NCBI GenBank assembly: GCA_965197905.1
Contig: CBDAOB010000004.1
Coordinates: 352,001-416,000 of the forward strand
Direction of reading: 5' to 3'
DNA: 64,000 bases
Source of the DNA: Candidatus Latescibacterota bacterium
GTDB taxonomy: Bacteria; Latescibacterota; UBA2968; UBA8231
Positions 10,301 to 20,021 of this stretch are shown here, one piece after another. The position numbers and the translations under genes are program-made. The notes beneath the pieces were generated by a model. That model was not told the origin of the DNA, did no database searches, and worked only from the letters and a program-made list of their open reading frames with translations. The stretch's first letter is position 1; every line of letters starts with the position of its first letter.

Positions 10301-11008
10301 ATGGACCCAGCCAGATTGCCATACGTCAGCTCCCAACTACCGGCGCTGATCTTTTCGAGTGTGCTCTGCTTCGTGCTGGTTGGATGTGGGCAGTTCGGTG
10401 ACGAGGAGGAGGAACCTCGTTTCGCCGATGAGCGTAGCGAGCCGTTTCTGGACGCAGCCCGGAAAGGAGACCTGGCGCTGGTGGGTTCGCTATTGGATGG
10501 TGGAATCGACGTGAACGTCGTCGACGGAGAGGGGGTTTCGGCGTTGGTGGCCGCCGCTTATCGCGGAAACGCGGAAATGGTCGCGGTGCTGGCGGATTCC
10601 GGGGCCGACCTGAACGCCCGCTACAAGGACGGCTCGACGGCGTTGATCCTGGCTGCGGAAAACGGTCACGTCCACGTCGCCCGTACTCTGGTGGAGGCTG
10701 GGGCTGAGCTAAATCTCACCGACGAAAAGGCCAGCACAGCGTTGATGTGGGCAGCGTTGGACGGATACGGCGAGATCGTGCGAATTCTGCTGGCTGCCGG
10801 AGCCGATCCGAATCTGCAGAACAAAAAGCAAGCGACCGCGCTGATGGCCGCGGCCTACCAGGGACACGCGGAGGTGGTCGCTCAATTGTTGGCGGCCGGC
10901 GCCCGCCGGGAAGCTCGGTACAGAAATGGATCCACCGCCCTCCGTTTGGCGGCGGAGAACGAACACGCCGAAGTAGTCAGGTTACTGCGTCGCGATCACC
11001 CACCCTGA
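10301..11008 (+). CDS. Ankyrin repeat lipoprotein
   Basis: Lipobox VLVGC, then about 6 ankyrin repeats; start uncertain (10277 or 10301). Confidence 0.85.
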   Translation: MDPARLPYVSSQLPALIFSSVLCFVLVGCGQFGDEEEEPRFADERSEPFLDAARKGDLALVGSLLDGGIDVNVVDGEGVSALVAAAYRGNAEMVAVLADSGADLNARYKDGSTALILAAENGHVHVARTLVEAGAELNLTDEKASTALMWAALDGYGEIVRILLAAGADPNLQNKKQATALMAAAYQGHAEVVAQLLAAGARREARYRNGSTALRLAAENEHAEVVRLLRRDHPP

Positions 11009-11017
11009 CCGACGTCA

Positions 11018-11899
11018 TTATTTCCGCCGCCGCCGGGGTTTCCACTTGCGCAGTTGTCGTTTCCAGACGCGGTCCACGGCATCCCTGACCGCCTGTGCGT
11101 CCTTCCACAACGGCCCGAATACGGAGAGATAGTACCCCGCCGGTATCTGTTCAGGACAGACGAACAGTTCCCGCCCCGGAGGGGCCGCCTCGAGCCAGCA
11201 GGCCAGAACCCGTTCGGCGAATTCGAGCCAGTCGAGAAACTCCGGAGTAATCTTGCCCCCTTTTCCCAGCGCGGGAATCTGCGCATGGTGACCATTGAAG
11301 GGCCGGAAGTGTATCTGGTTGGCCAGTTGGATGAGGTCTGGTCGTTCCGCCAACCGATCCCAGTAAGGCGGGCTCAAGTGTTTGACGATCGCAGGGTGGG
11401 AAAAGTCCCAGGTCATCTTCAGCGGTTTCTTCTCCGCCTTCTCGAAACCTTCGGCCAGGGCGTACGCCTTTTCCGGCGTCTCGGTGCAGGTATCGCGGTG
11501 GACCTCGATGGAGACGTCCATCTCCAGATCATCGGCGATCGCCATCACCCGGCGCCCGACGGCAACGGCGCGTTTGGTCGGGGTGTCGTGGTTCAGCATC
11601 TGAACGTTGACGCAGCGCGCGCCCGCTTCTTTGATCGCCCGGAATTTGGATCTGATTTCTCCGGCGCCGCCGATGTCCGACGTGGCCACGAAGATCAATC
11701 CGGAATTCTGTGCAATCTCAGGGGTGATAAAGGGAATCCTACCGGTAAAGCCATCGAATCCTGCTTTTTTGATCCGCGCCAGCTTCTGCACGACGGTCTT
11801 CTTGTCCATTTTGTCGCCGTACTCGATGCCCTGCGAACCCAGACTGGCCATATGTCGAATCACGGGCTTGGAGGGTTGTTTCTTCCTGGCTGCCATCAT
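11018..11899 (-). CDS. Sugar phosphate isomerase/epimerase (xylose isomerase-like TIM barrel)
   Basis: AGFDG, EVHRD...E, WDFSH and H.RPFNGH motifs; RBS AGGAG before the ATG at 11899. Confidence 0.75.
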   Translation of the reverse strand: MMAARKKQPSKPVIRHMASLGSQGIEYGDKMDKKTVVQKLARIKKAGFDGFTGRIPFITPEIAQNSGLIFVATSDIGGAGEIRSKFRAIKEAGARCVNVQMLNHDTPTKRAVAVGRRVMAIADDLEMDVSIEVHRDTCTETPEKAYALAEGFEKAEKKPLKMTWDFSHPAIVKHLSPPYWDRLAERPDLIQLANQIHFRPFNGHHAQIPALGKGGKITPEFLDWLEFAERVLACWLEAAPPGRELFVCPEQIPAGYYLSVFGPLWKDAQAVRDAVDRVWKRQLRKWKPRRRRK

Positions 11900-11990
11900 T
11901 TTTCTCCTGCAACTGAGTTTGGTTTTCGAACTACCGGGCAGCGTCGCGGACACAAGGTAAGGCGGCAAAAATAGGCCGGCAACCGCCTAG

Positions 11991-12151
11991 TGTGCTGTCG
12001 CAGAGATAAGTTGACAAAATTCGGCCGTTGAGGCAGCGCGGTTCGCAAGGCGGCTGAGCGAGCCGTACTGGTGGAGTACGGCGAGCGAAGTCAACGCGGC
12101 GAACCGCGATGGATCGGCGGCAGTATGTTGACAGATTTCTGCGACAGCACA
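11991..12151 (+). mobile_element. 161-bp MITE-like hairpin element, copy C
   Basis: Perfect 14-bp TIR TGTGCTGTCGCAGA/TCTGCGACAGCACA after CTAG; core at 12046-12097 with GCCGTACT/AGTACGGC hairpin. Confidence 0.8.
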
Positions 12152-12153
12152 CT

Positions 12154-14055
12154 TCAGCTTCTCCGTACACGCACGTCGCCCTGGCGCTCGGTGGTCCCTT
12201 CGCGATCGAAAAGACTGAGGAAAGCCATAGCCGATTTCCGGTTGCTGCTGATCAGGTCGCGGAAGGTCGCCACCGTCACCTCTCCGTGAATCTGCAGATG
12301 AGCCAAAAGCTCCTGGCGCACCGAGTCGACCAACGAGCGATGCGCCAACAGGCCACCCTCGAGGGCTGCCACAGTGCCCAGACTCTGCAATGCGTTCAAC
12401 ACGTTAATTACTCCCTTCTCGTCGGCCTTGAGCTGTCGTGCAAGGGAGGACGCGTCCGGCATGGCGGCAGGTGTAGCCAGCTCGAGTTCGGTCTCGATCC
12501 GTTTCTTTAGGTCTTCCTCTTGCGGCGAAAATCGGATTCCGTGGTCCTTTGCCCTCACCACCGAGCCCTCGAGCGCGATCCGTCCGCTCTCGGCCAGGTG
12601 GTCCAGTACGCGGTCGAACAACTCCTGGCGAACGTAACGGGCGGTTAGACTGCGCAGTTCCTGGCGACGCAGACCTTGCTTCAACGGGTTGTCAGCATGG
12701 TACGCCTGCAGCCCGGCGTAGACGGCGGCGGTCAATCCTTCCCAATGAACGGTGTGTATGGCGCTGACTCGATGTTCGAGCTCGCGGGTAACCGCATAGC
12801 CGTTCGACTCCAATTGGTGCAGAATCTCTGTCATCTCCTCGACGCCGCGACCGCAACCTCCCGCCAGCTCGGTTACGCTACAGAATTCGTTAGTCACCAG
12901 GCGCAGCTTGGCCTCGACGGCACCCGCTAGATCGCCGGTCTCTAGTGCCTGTCTCTGGGCTTGCAACGCTTCATCGGCGGATTTGCGTTTGCGCGGATGA
13001 GGTTCCAAAACTTGACCGCCACCTATCGTAATCGGCGGCGAGTAGCGGCGGATGACAAAGCGGTCTCCCCAAGCGGCAACCACTGGTGACTCGAGCCGCA
13101 GCTGGGCGAGCGCTTCATCTCCTTTCTCCAGCACCTCGCGATCGAGCAGCACCACCCGGGCGAGGATCTCGGTGGTGCCGACGTGGAGCCGCACGCGCGC
13201 GCGCTGTGCCAGCTCGCGGGGACTGGATGACAACAGTTTCAGGGTGACGTCCAGCATGTGGGTGGGTCGCAGGAAGTCGGGGCTCGCGAGGGTATCTCCA
13301 CGCTGGATCTCGCTCTGCTCGAGGCCGGGCAGATTGATCGCCGCCCTGTCTCCGGTTTGGACCGCCTCTACAAGCTCTCCATGCTGTTGTATACCGCGCA
13401 CCCGTATCTGGCGGCATGAGGGCAGCATCTCGATCATCTCCCCTTCGCGCAAACTGCCCGATAGAACCGTTCCGGTACTGACCAGACCGAATCCTTTGAC
13501 CACGAAGGTGCGATCCACCGGTAGCCGGAACGGCCCTAGATCCTGTCGCGCCCTCGTCTCCTTGATCATTCGCCGCAGGTGATCCTCGAGCTGATCGATG
13601 CCGTCCCCGGTGAGCGCCGACACGCGTATGATCTCCGCATCTTGCATACCGGTACCGCTGACCAGATCGCGGATCTCCTCCTCCACCAGGTCGAGCCAGT
13701 CCGCTTCGGCCAGGTCCACCTTGTTCAGGGCGATGACACCCCGGGTCACACCCATGAGATCGAGAATGTCCAGATGCTCGCGGGACTGCGGCATGACCCC
13801 GTCGTCGGCGGCGATGACAAACAGGCCGATGTCGATCGTGCTCACCCCGGCTACCATGGTTTTGACGAAGCGCTCGTGACCGGGCACATCGATGATGGTG
13901 GCTTCATCTCCGAAGAACGCGAAACCGAGCTCAATAGTTATTCCTCGGGCTCTCTCCTGGGGAGCGCGGTCGGTGTCGACACCCGTGAGACCTTTGACGA
14001 TCAGCGTTTTGCCGTGGTCGATATGTCCGGCCGTGCCTATGACAGTGTGGCTCAT
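12154..14055 (-). CDS. selB: Selenocysteine-specific translation elongation factor
   Basis: IGTAGHIDHGKT, RGITIELGFA, DVPGHERFVKTM, RFVIRRYSP..TIGGG and C-terminal winged helix (FRD...SNRK). Confidence 0.96.
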   Translation of the reverse strand: MSHTVIGTAGHIDHGKTLIVKGLTGVDTDRAPQERARGITIELGFAFFGDEATIIDVPGHERFVKTMVAGVSTIDIGLFVIAADDGVMPQSREHLDILDLMGVTRGVIALNKVDLAEADWLDLVEEEIRDLVSGTGMQDAEIIRVSALTGDGIDQLEDHLRRMIKETRARQDLGPFRLPVDRTFVVKGFGLVSTGTVLSGSLREGEMIEMLPSCRQIRVRGIQQHGELVEAVQTGDRAAINLPGLEQSEIQRGDTLASPDFLRPTHMLDVTLKLLSSSPRELAQRARVRLHVGTTEILARVVLLDREVLEKGDEALAQLRLESPVVAAWGDRFVIRRYSPPITIGGGQVLEPHPRKRKSADEALQAQRQALETGDLAGAVEAKLRLVTNEFCSVTELAGGCGRGVEEMTEILHQLESNGYAVTRELEHRVSAIHTVHWEGLTAAVYAGLQAYHADNPLKQGLRRQELRSLTARYVRQELFDRVLDHLAESGRIALEGSVVRAKDHGIRFSPQEEDLKKRIETELELATPAAMPDASSLARQLKADEKGVINVLNALQSLGTVAALEGGLLAHRSLVDSVRQELLAHLQIHGEVTVATFRDLISSNRKSAMAFLSLFDREGTTERQGDVRVRRS

Positions 14056-14188
14056 TGCGAGGATAGCTGGTGTGGCGGACACCGAGGCGTCCGGTTGTCC
14101 AGTTTGTGTGAAGCGATATTTTGGGTGGTGAAAGATATTCCGGTCCAGATGGCTACACAACTTGATCGCGAGGATTCCGGAGAGCAAT

Positions 14189-14812
14189 ATGGCAGAAGTG
14201 CTGAGCGTCGATCCTGATCATCTCAGGGGGCGGCATCTCAAGAAGGCGGTCGAGATACTCCTTGGGGGCGGCGTCGTGGTCTACCCAACCGATACCATCT
14301 ACGGATTGGGTTGTGACATCACCAAGAAAGAAGCTATCGAGCGAGTCCGCCGCATAAAAGGGCGAGACAAAAAGAAACCGATGTCGTTCGTTTGTTCCGA
14401 CCTGGTCAACATCAGCCGCTACGCCCATGTCAGTAAGTTCAGTTATCGCGTCCTAAAGCGGTTTCTTCCGGGAGCATACACCTTCGTGTTGCCCGCAACC
14501 AAAGAGACACCCCGAATACTCCAGACGAAACAGAAGACGGTGGGTATTCGGGTCCCGGATCATCCCTTGACCCTGGCTCTTGTTCGGGATCTGGGAAACC
14601 CGATTATCAGCACCAGCGCCAATCACACCGGCGAGGACGTCTTGACCGATCCACGGGATCTGGTGGAAACCCTTGGCAGTCGCGTAGATCTGATCATGGA
14701 ATGCGGGATCCTTCCAGTGCAGCCATCCAGCGTGGTGTCTTTGGTAAACGACCAGGTGGAGATATTGCGGGAGGGGATCGGCGACCTGAGTTTTTTTGAG
14801 GAGCAGCTCTGA
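14189..14812 (+). CDS. L-threonylcarbamoyladenylate synthase family (Sua5/YciO/YrdC)
   Basis: VVYPTDTIYGLGC, IKGRDKKKP, LPGAYTFVL, VGIRVP and ISTSAN. Confidence 0.92.
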   Translation: MAEVLSVDPDHLRGRHLKKAVEILLGGGVVVYPTDTIYGLGCDITKKEAIERVRRIKGRDKKKPMSFVCSDLVNISRYAHVSKFSYRVLKRFLPGAYTFVLPATKETPRILQTKQKTVGIRVPDHPLTLALVRDLGNPIISTSANHTGEDVLTDPRDLVETLGSRVDLIMECGILPVQPSSVVSLVNDQVEILREGIGDLSFFEEQL

Positions 14813-14815
14813 ATC

Positions 14816-17305
14816 ATGAACGCGAAGACCCGCCCTAGCCGCGATCAAACGGGAAGGTGCATCTTCATCATTCTGGCATGTTGTGCGATCTGTCCGGCGG
14901 CCGCTGGCGCACAAGGTGCGTTCGAACCGTACGAGTCCAGATCTGAGTTCCTGCTGACCTCGCCGGCGAGCAGCGCCACAGGTTTGCATGGGTATTTGAA
15001 CCCGGCCCTGGTCGGGCATATCCGGGGTCCCGAAACCGTCTTCGTCTGGTCCGATCGCCGAGATAAACGGCAGGGTAGTAACCAGTGGGGGCTTTTCACT
15101 GGTTTTCCACATCTGGGGTTGGGCATGGTGCACCGCCGCCTTCCAGGCCGAGACCTGACCGACTACAACCTTGCCGTTGCCTCCGGTGATCGCTCCGGGA
15201 GTCTCGGCGTCGCCTATGGGTGGTCCAGTGGCAGCGCTGGCCGAAACGGCCGACAGAACCGGATTTCGATCGGCACCCTGGTGCGCCCCTCCCAACAGGT
15301 TTCACTCGGAATTACGGTCGTTTCCACCCTCGACGGGGCGCGGGAAGGGGTCGCTGATCTGGCGCTTCGGCCCGCTTTCGGGCGACGGCTCACTCTGTTT
15401 GCCGAGGCCGCGAGCGCCAACAAGGAAGGGGGCGGCGACGAGTACTGGAGTGGCGGCGCCAGCTTCGAGATTGTGGACGGCATCTTGCTCACGGGAAGGT
15501 TTTTCGACAACCGCACCGTCAGCCTGGGCATCGAGCTTGGCCTCAGTCGATCTGCGTTTAACACCCAATCGCGACTCGATGGAGATCGGCGTGAATTCAA
15601 CACCTACTCCACCCGTATCGGACCGCGACGGGCATCGGCACTGACTCGATATTGGCAGCCCGACCCGAAATACCTGGAGCTCCTGTTCGACACCCCGATC
15701 GTTCATCGACGTTTCCCATTGTTCGATCGATCTCAGACCCTTCTCGACCTGTTGCAGCTGATCGACCGCTCGCGCACCGACGATTCGATTCAGGGTCTCG
15801 CTCTGAACCTGTCAGGGCTCCGTATCTCATTTGCCATGTCGTGGGAACTGCGCGAGGCGCTCAGAGAGTTCAAGGCCGCGGGCAAGCGCGTCATCGTCTA
15901 CATTGACCGGACCAACCTCGTCGGTTATCACCTGGCCTCGGTCGCCGATCGCGTCTACATGGATCCTGTCGGCATGCTGTCGCTGGAAGGTTTTGTCGCC
16001 GGGCAAACCTATTTCGCGGGCAGCTTGCAGAAACTGGGCCTAGGATTCGACGAGTGGCGGTTCTTCAAATACAAGTCTGCAGTGGAAGCCTTGAGCCGCC
16101 GCGAGATGTCGGCCGCGGATCGGGAGCAGTGGTCCCAACTGATCGAGGATTTTTATGGGACAGTGCGCAGCGAGATATGCGCCGAACGCAAGCTTAAGCC
16201 TGCCGAATTCGATCGCCTCGTCGACGAGACCACGATGTTCCTCCCCGAGGATGCCCTGAGCAGCGGCCTGGTGGACAGCCTTGGCCGCTGGGATGACCTG
16301 GAGACGTTGGTTCAGGATCTGGAGGGCGGCAAAGGGTCCGTTGCCCGCAGCTACGAGCCGATACACGATGCGGACTGGGGAGCCAGACCGCGCGTCGCCG
16401 TGGTCTACGCCCTCGGTGTCTGCGCCATGGACAGCGGCATTGGAGCGCGCACGTTGTCCAAAGAGCTTGAGTCGATCAAGGATGACGAAAACATCGACGC
16501 GGTCGTATTGCGCGTGGATTCGCCGGGAGGTGACGGTTTGGCGTCCGATCTGGTCGCTTCAGCGGTGACCCGATGTCGGGAGAAGAAACCGGTGATCGTC
16601 TCCCAGGGATCGGTGGCTGCGTCGGGCGGTTACTGGCTGTCGATGAATGCGGATTCCATCGTCGCGGCACCCAACACCGTCACCGGCTCCATCGGCATCA
16701 TCGGCGGCTGGCTCTATGACCTGGAGTTCAAACAGAGATTGGGCATGACCACCGACCACGTTAAGGTGGGCGCCCACGCCGACCTGCCGTTCGGCGCCAC
16801 TCTTCCCTTGCTGGGTTTGACCTTGCCGGATCGCAATCTCGATAGCGGCGAACAAGAGACGATGGAACGGGTGATGCGGAGCTTGTACCGGGACTTCGTC
16901 GACAAGGTCGGAAAGGGTCGCGGGCTGAGCACCGAGACGGTCGAGGAATCTGCGCAAGGTCGAGTGTGGTCGGGCAAGCGCGCGATGGAGCGCGGGCTCG
17001 TGGACGAACTTGGGGGTTTGAATCGGGCGATCCGAATCGCCGCGGAAAAGGCCGGCATCCCCGCAGACTCGGACGTGGAGCTGGTCGAATATCCCCGTCA
17101 ATCGCTCCTCGACCCCGGTTTCTTCACACCCAGCCTGGTGCGATCCGAGGCGTCCACGTTCTTGGATTTCTTAAGATTTCGGGTCGATCACAATGGGCGG
17201 CCGCTGGCGTTGATGCCGGAAGCGTTCATCAACAGCTTTGCCCATGAGCTGCCGCAGGTGGAGCCGCTGGGCGCCTTCGGCAGGGATGGGGACGACGAAC
17301 CCTAG
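14816..17305 (+). CDS. sppA: Signal peptide peptidase SppA (S49), long form with extra N-terminal beta-rich domain
   Basis: KYKSAVE, LRVDSPGG, AASGGY, TGSIG and AQGRVWSG..A...GLVDELGG; signal peptide plus about 280 aa beta-strand-rich N-domain. Confidence 0.88.
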   Translation: MNAKTRPSRDQTGRCIFIILACCAICPAAAGAQGAFEPYESRSEFLLTSPASSATGLHGYLNPALVGHIRGPETVFVWSDRRDKRQGSNQWGLFTGFPHLGLGMVHRRLPGRDLTDYNLAVASGDRSGSLGVAYGWSSGSAGRNGRQNRISIGTLVRPSQQVSLGITVVSTLDGAREGVADLALRPAFGRRLTLFAEAASANKEGGGDEYWSGGASFEIVDGILLTGRFFDNRTVSLGIELGLSRSAFNTQSRLDGDRREFNTYSTRIGPRRASALTRYWQPDPKYLELLFDTPIVHRRFPLFDRSQTLLDLLQLIDRSRTDDSIQGLALNLSGLRISFAMSWELREALREFKAAGKRVIVYIDRTNLVGYHLASVADRVYMDPVGMLSLEGFVAGQTYFAGSLQKLGLGFDEWRFFKYKSAVEALSRREMSAADREQWSQLIEDFYGTVRSEICAERKLKPAEFDRLVDETTMFLPEDALSSGLVDSLGRWDDLETLVQDLEGGKGSVARSYEPIHDADWGARPRVAVVYALGVCAMDSGIGARTLSKELESIKDDENIDAVVLRVDSPGGDGLASDLVASAVTRCREKKPVIVSQGSVAASGGYWLSMNADSIVAAPNTVTGSIGIIGGWLYDLEFKQRLGMTTDHVKVGAHADLPFGATLPLLGLTLPDRNLDSGEQETMERVMRSLYRDFVDKVGKGRGLSTETVEESAQGRVWSGKRAMERGLVDELGGLNRAIRIAAEKAGIPADSDVELVEYPRQSLLDPGFFTPSLVRSEASTFLDFLRFRVDHNGRPLALMPEAFINSFAHELPQVEPLGAFGRDGDDEP

Positions 17306-17319
17306 CCGCCGTGGCGCGC

Positions 17320-18105
17320 TCACTCCCCGTGCCAAGCTCCGAGCGCCATCAGCCCACCGTCAACGCAGACGTTTTCCCCGGTCATGAACGATGCTTTGTC
17401 ACTGGCAAGAAAGAGCACGACGTTGGCGATCTCTTCCGGTTTCCCGATCCGCTTGAGCGGGTGGCACTGTCCCAGGTCCTTCTTGATCTCCTCCGGTTCC
17501 CCGTCCATTACCTCGAACGCCTGGGCGACCATGGCGGTATCGATGGTTCCGGGGTTCACCGCCAACACCCGAATGTTCTGCTCGGCGTACTCCAGAGCCA
17601 GCTGACGGGTCAGGGAAAGGACCCCACCCTTGCTCGCGGCGTAAGCCGAAACCCCCTTCATCGACTGCAGACCCTGAACGCTGGCTGTGTTGATGATCGA
17701 TCCTCCTCCCCGCTTGAGGATCTCCGGAATGCACAAGCGGCTCATCAAGAAGTAACTCTTGAGATTCACATCCATGATCCGGTCCCAGGCTTCGATGGAG
17801 AGCTCGTGAACTGGCAGGTAGGTGTCTAGCGGCGCGATACCGACGTTGTTGCAGAGGACATCGATCCCGTCGGTTCCGGCGGCCGCCACCACCGCCTGAC
17901 AACCTTCGTTGGTCGCCACGTCGGCGCGTTGATAGTGAATCTCTCCCGGACCTGTCGACTCTCTCTCCAGTTTTTGCCCCACCTCGTCGTTTATGTCGGC
18001 ACAGATAACCTTTGCACCGGCCGCCGCGAAACCCCGGCAGATCGCTCTCCCGATGCCCAAACCGCCCCCGGTGACCACCACCACTTTGTCTTTGAAATCA
18101 CTCAT
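17320..18105 (-). CDS. SDR family oxidoreductase
   Basis: TGGGLGIG, NNVG, YAASK and NPGTIDT. Confidence 0.95.
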   Translation of the reverse strand: MSDFKDKVVVVTGGGLGIGRAICRGFAAAGAKVICADINDEVGQKLERESTGPGEIHYQRADVATNEGCQAVVAAAGTDGIDVLCNNVGIAPLDTYLPVHELSIEAWDRIMDVNLKSYFLMSRLCIPEILKRGGGSIINTASVQGLQSMKGVSAYAASKGGVLSLTRQLALEYAEQNIRVLAVNPGTIDTAMVAQAFEVMDGEPEEIKKDLGQCHPLKRIGKPEEIANVVLFLASDKASFMTGENVCVDGGLMALGAWHGE

Positions 18106-18199
18106 CAGATACTCCTCGCATTAGTTGTGAAAACCGCGGCCGATAGACGCGGCTTTTCCGTTGTTGTAATTTGCATTCTCTCTCGGAGGTATTCGTCAA

Positions 18200-19393
18200 A
18201 TGCGATGGGCTTCTTCAGTTTCTTCCAGTGACAATTTAAATGACGCGATTCGGGAAATGGGAGATGACATCCAACAGAAGCTCCACGGATCCCGTCCCGA
18301 TTTTCTCATCGCCTTTGTGTCACCCGGTTTCCCGGAAAGCTACGGCAAAATTCCAGGCCTCGTCCAGGACTTGATCGGCCCGCAGGTATTCCTGGGATGT
18401 ACGGCGATGGGTGTTATCGGCGGGGGCCAGGAGATCGAGCACCAGGTCGCTGGGCGGGCGGCGGTGTCGATGGCCGCCGCGCTTCTGCCCGATGCCGAGG
18501 TGACCACCTTCCATATCGAAGCCGACGACCTGCCAAGCCCCGATGACGGCCCCGATGAATGGGTTCGGGTTCTGGGGGTTCCCCAAGATCCGACGCCCCA
18601 CTTCGTGCTGCTCGGCGATCCGCGCTCGCTCTATCCCCAACCGCTGCTGATGGGTCTGGACTTCGCCTATGGCGGCAGCGCCAAGATCGGTGGACTGGCT
18701 TCTTCAGTCAGCGAGGGAAACGTCCTGTTTGTCGACGATGCCCACCATACGTCGGGGCTCGTGGGGGCCGCCTTCAGCGGCAACGTGGCGATCGATACGG
18801 TGGTCGCCCAGGGGTGCCGCCCTATCGGAGACCCTCTATCTGTAACCGAATGCGACCGCAACAATCTGGTGCAGCTGGACGACCGCTCCGCCCTCGAGGT
18901 GCTGATGGAGCTCTTCCAGTCACAACCCCCCGATGAGCAGGATCTGATTCGCACCGCGCTGCACATCGGCATCGCGACCACTGAGTTCAAGAGTCCCTTG
19001 GAACAAGGCGACTTTTTGATACGCCACGTCATCAACATCGATCAAGAGCGCGGCACCATCGGGGTGGACGAGTCGATTCGCAACGGTCAGACGGTGCAGT
19101 TCCATCTGCGTCACGCCGAGGCCGCCACGGAAGACCTGAACGTTATGCTCGGCAACTACCGGAGCAACAAACCTGCGACCGACCCTGCCGGCGCGTTGCT
19201 TTTCAGCTGTACGGGTCGGGGCGCCTACCTGTTCGGACAACCGAATCACGACTCCGACGCGTTCGCCAACAACATCGGGAGCCTTCCTGTGGGCGGATTC
19301 TTCTGTGCCGGCGAGATTGGCCAAGTCGGCGGATCCACCTACATGCACGGCTACACCAGCTCCTTCGGGATCTTCAGGCCGGAACACGCCTAG
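18200..19393 (+). CDS. FIST N/C domain signal-transduction protein
   Basis: GCTAMGVIG, IGGLAS, VAQGCRPIG, LFSCTGRG and GFFCAGEIG...HGYTSS. Confidence 0.9.
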   Translation: MRWASSVSSSDNLNDAIREMGDDIQQKLHGSRPDFLIAFVSPGFPESYGKIPGLVQDLIGPQVFLGCTAMGVIGGGQEIEHQVAGRAAVSMAAALLPDAEVTTFHIEADDLPSPDDGPDEWVRVLGVPQDPTPHFVLLGDPRSLYPQPLLMGLDFAYGGSAKIGGLASSVSEGNVLFVDDAHHTSGLVGAAFSGNVAIDTVVAQGCRPIGDPLSVTECDRNNLVQLDDRSALEVLMELFQSQPPDEQDLIRTALHIGIATTEFKSPLEQGDFLIRHVINIDQERGTIGVDESIRNGQTVQFHLRHAEAATEDLNVMLGNYRSNKPATDPAGALLFSCTGRGAYLFGQPNHDSDAFANNIGSLPVGGFFCAGEIGQVGGSTYMHGYTSSFGIFRPEHA

Positions 19394-19396
19394 GCG

Positions 19397-19969
19397 CTAG
19401 TTGAAAACCTCCAGATCCACTCTGCGCAACTCCGCGTACTCAGCTCCGCCGGGATTGAGAGTACTCTGCATCAGGTGAATGGATTCGATCGGAATGGTCG
19501 CTGCCAGCGGCGGCTCCTTCCAGACCGCTTCATCCGGAACGCTGAGCGTGCCTCGCACCCTTCCGAGAGTAAGATGAGGATGGAATGACCGACCTTCGCG
19601 CGGCCACCCGATTGCTAGCAAGGAAGTATCCAGCCGTTCTCTGAGACCAAGGAGACCGCCCCCGGGATCGAGCATTCCCACCCATATGACTTTAGGGCGA
19701 CGCCGATTCGGAAAATAGCCCAGATTCCCCAGCGTCGCCTCGAAGCGACCGAATCGCGATACCGCCTCCGCCATCACCTGGCCAATCTCGGGAACAGCCG
19801 CCGGGCTCGTTGGTCCCAGGAACCGCACCGTCAGATGCAGTTGGTGAGCGGCCGACCAGCGCACCAGACCGGGCGGCAGGGTGCGGGCCAGCCGGGTGCT
19901 GAGGTCGATCAGAGAAGATCGCACCTCAGGCGCCAGCGAAACCGCCACGAATGTTCTTATTTCTTTCAT
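19397..19969 (-). CDS. thpR: RNA 2',3'-cyclic phosphodiesterase (2H phosphoesterase)
   Basis: RTFVAV and two HxT motifs (HLTVRFLG, FHPHLTLGR). Confidence 0.92.
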   Translation of the reverse strand: MKEIRTFVAVSLAPEVRSSLIDLSTRLARTLPPGLVRWSAAHQLHLTVRFLGPTSPAAVPEIGQVMAEAVSRFGRFEATLGNLGYFPNRRRPKVIWVGMLDPGGGLLGLRERLDTSLLAIGWPREGRSFHPHLTLGRVRGTLSVPDEAVWKEPPLAATIPIESIHLMQSTLNPGGAEYAELRRVDLEVFN

Positions 19970-19992
19970 TGTGATTATGCGCTGCCCCTCCG

Positions 19993-20021
19993 TTGACACC
20001 TGCACATCAGTACAGTATATT
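19993..20021 (+). promoter_or_regulatory. Sigma70 promoter of uvrA with SOS-box-like dyad in the spacer
   Basis: TTGACA-17-TATATT; spacer contains CTGCACATCAGTACAG (20000-20015). Confidence 0.7.
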
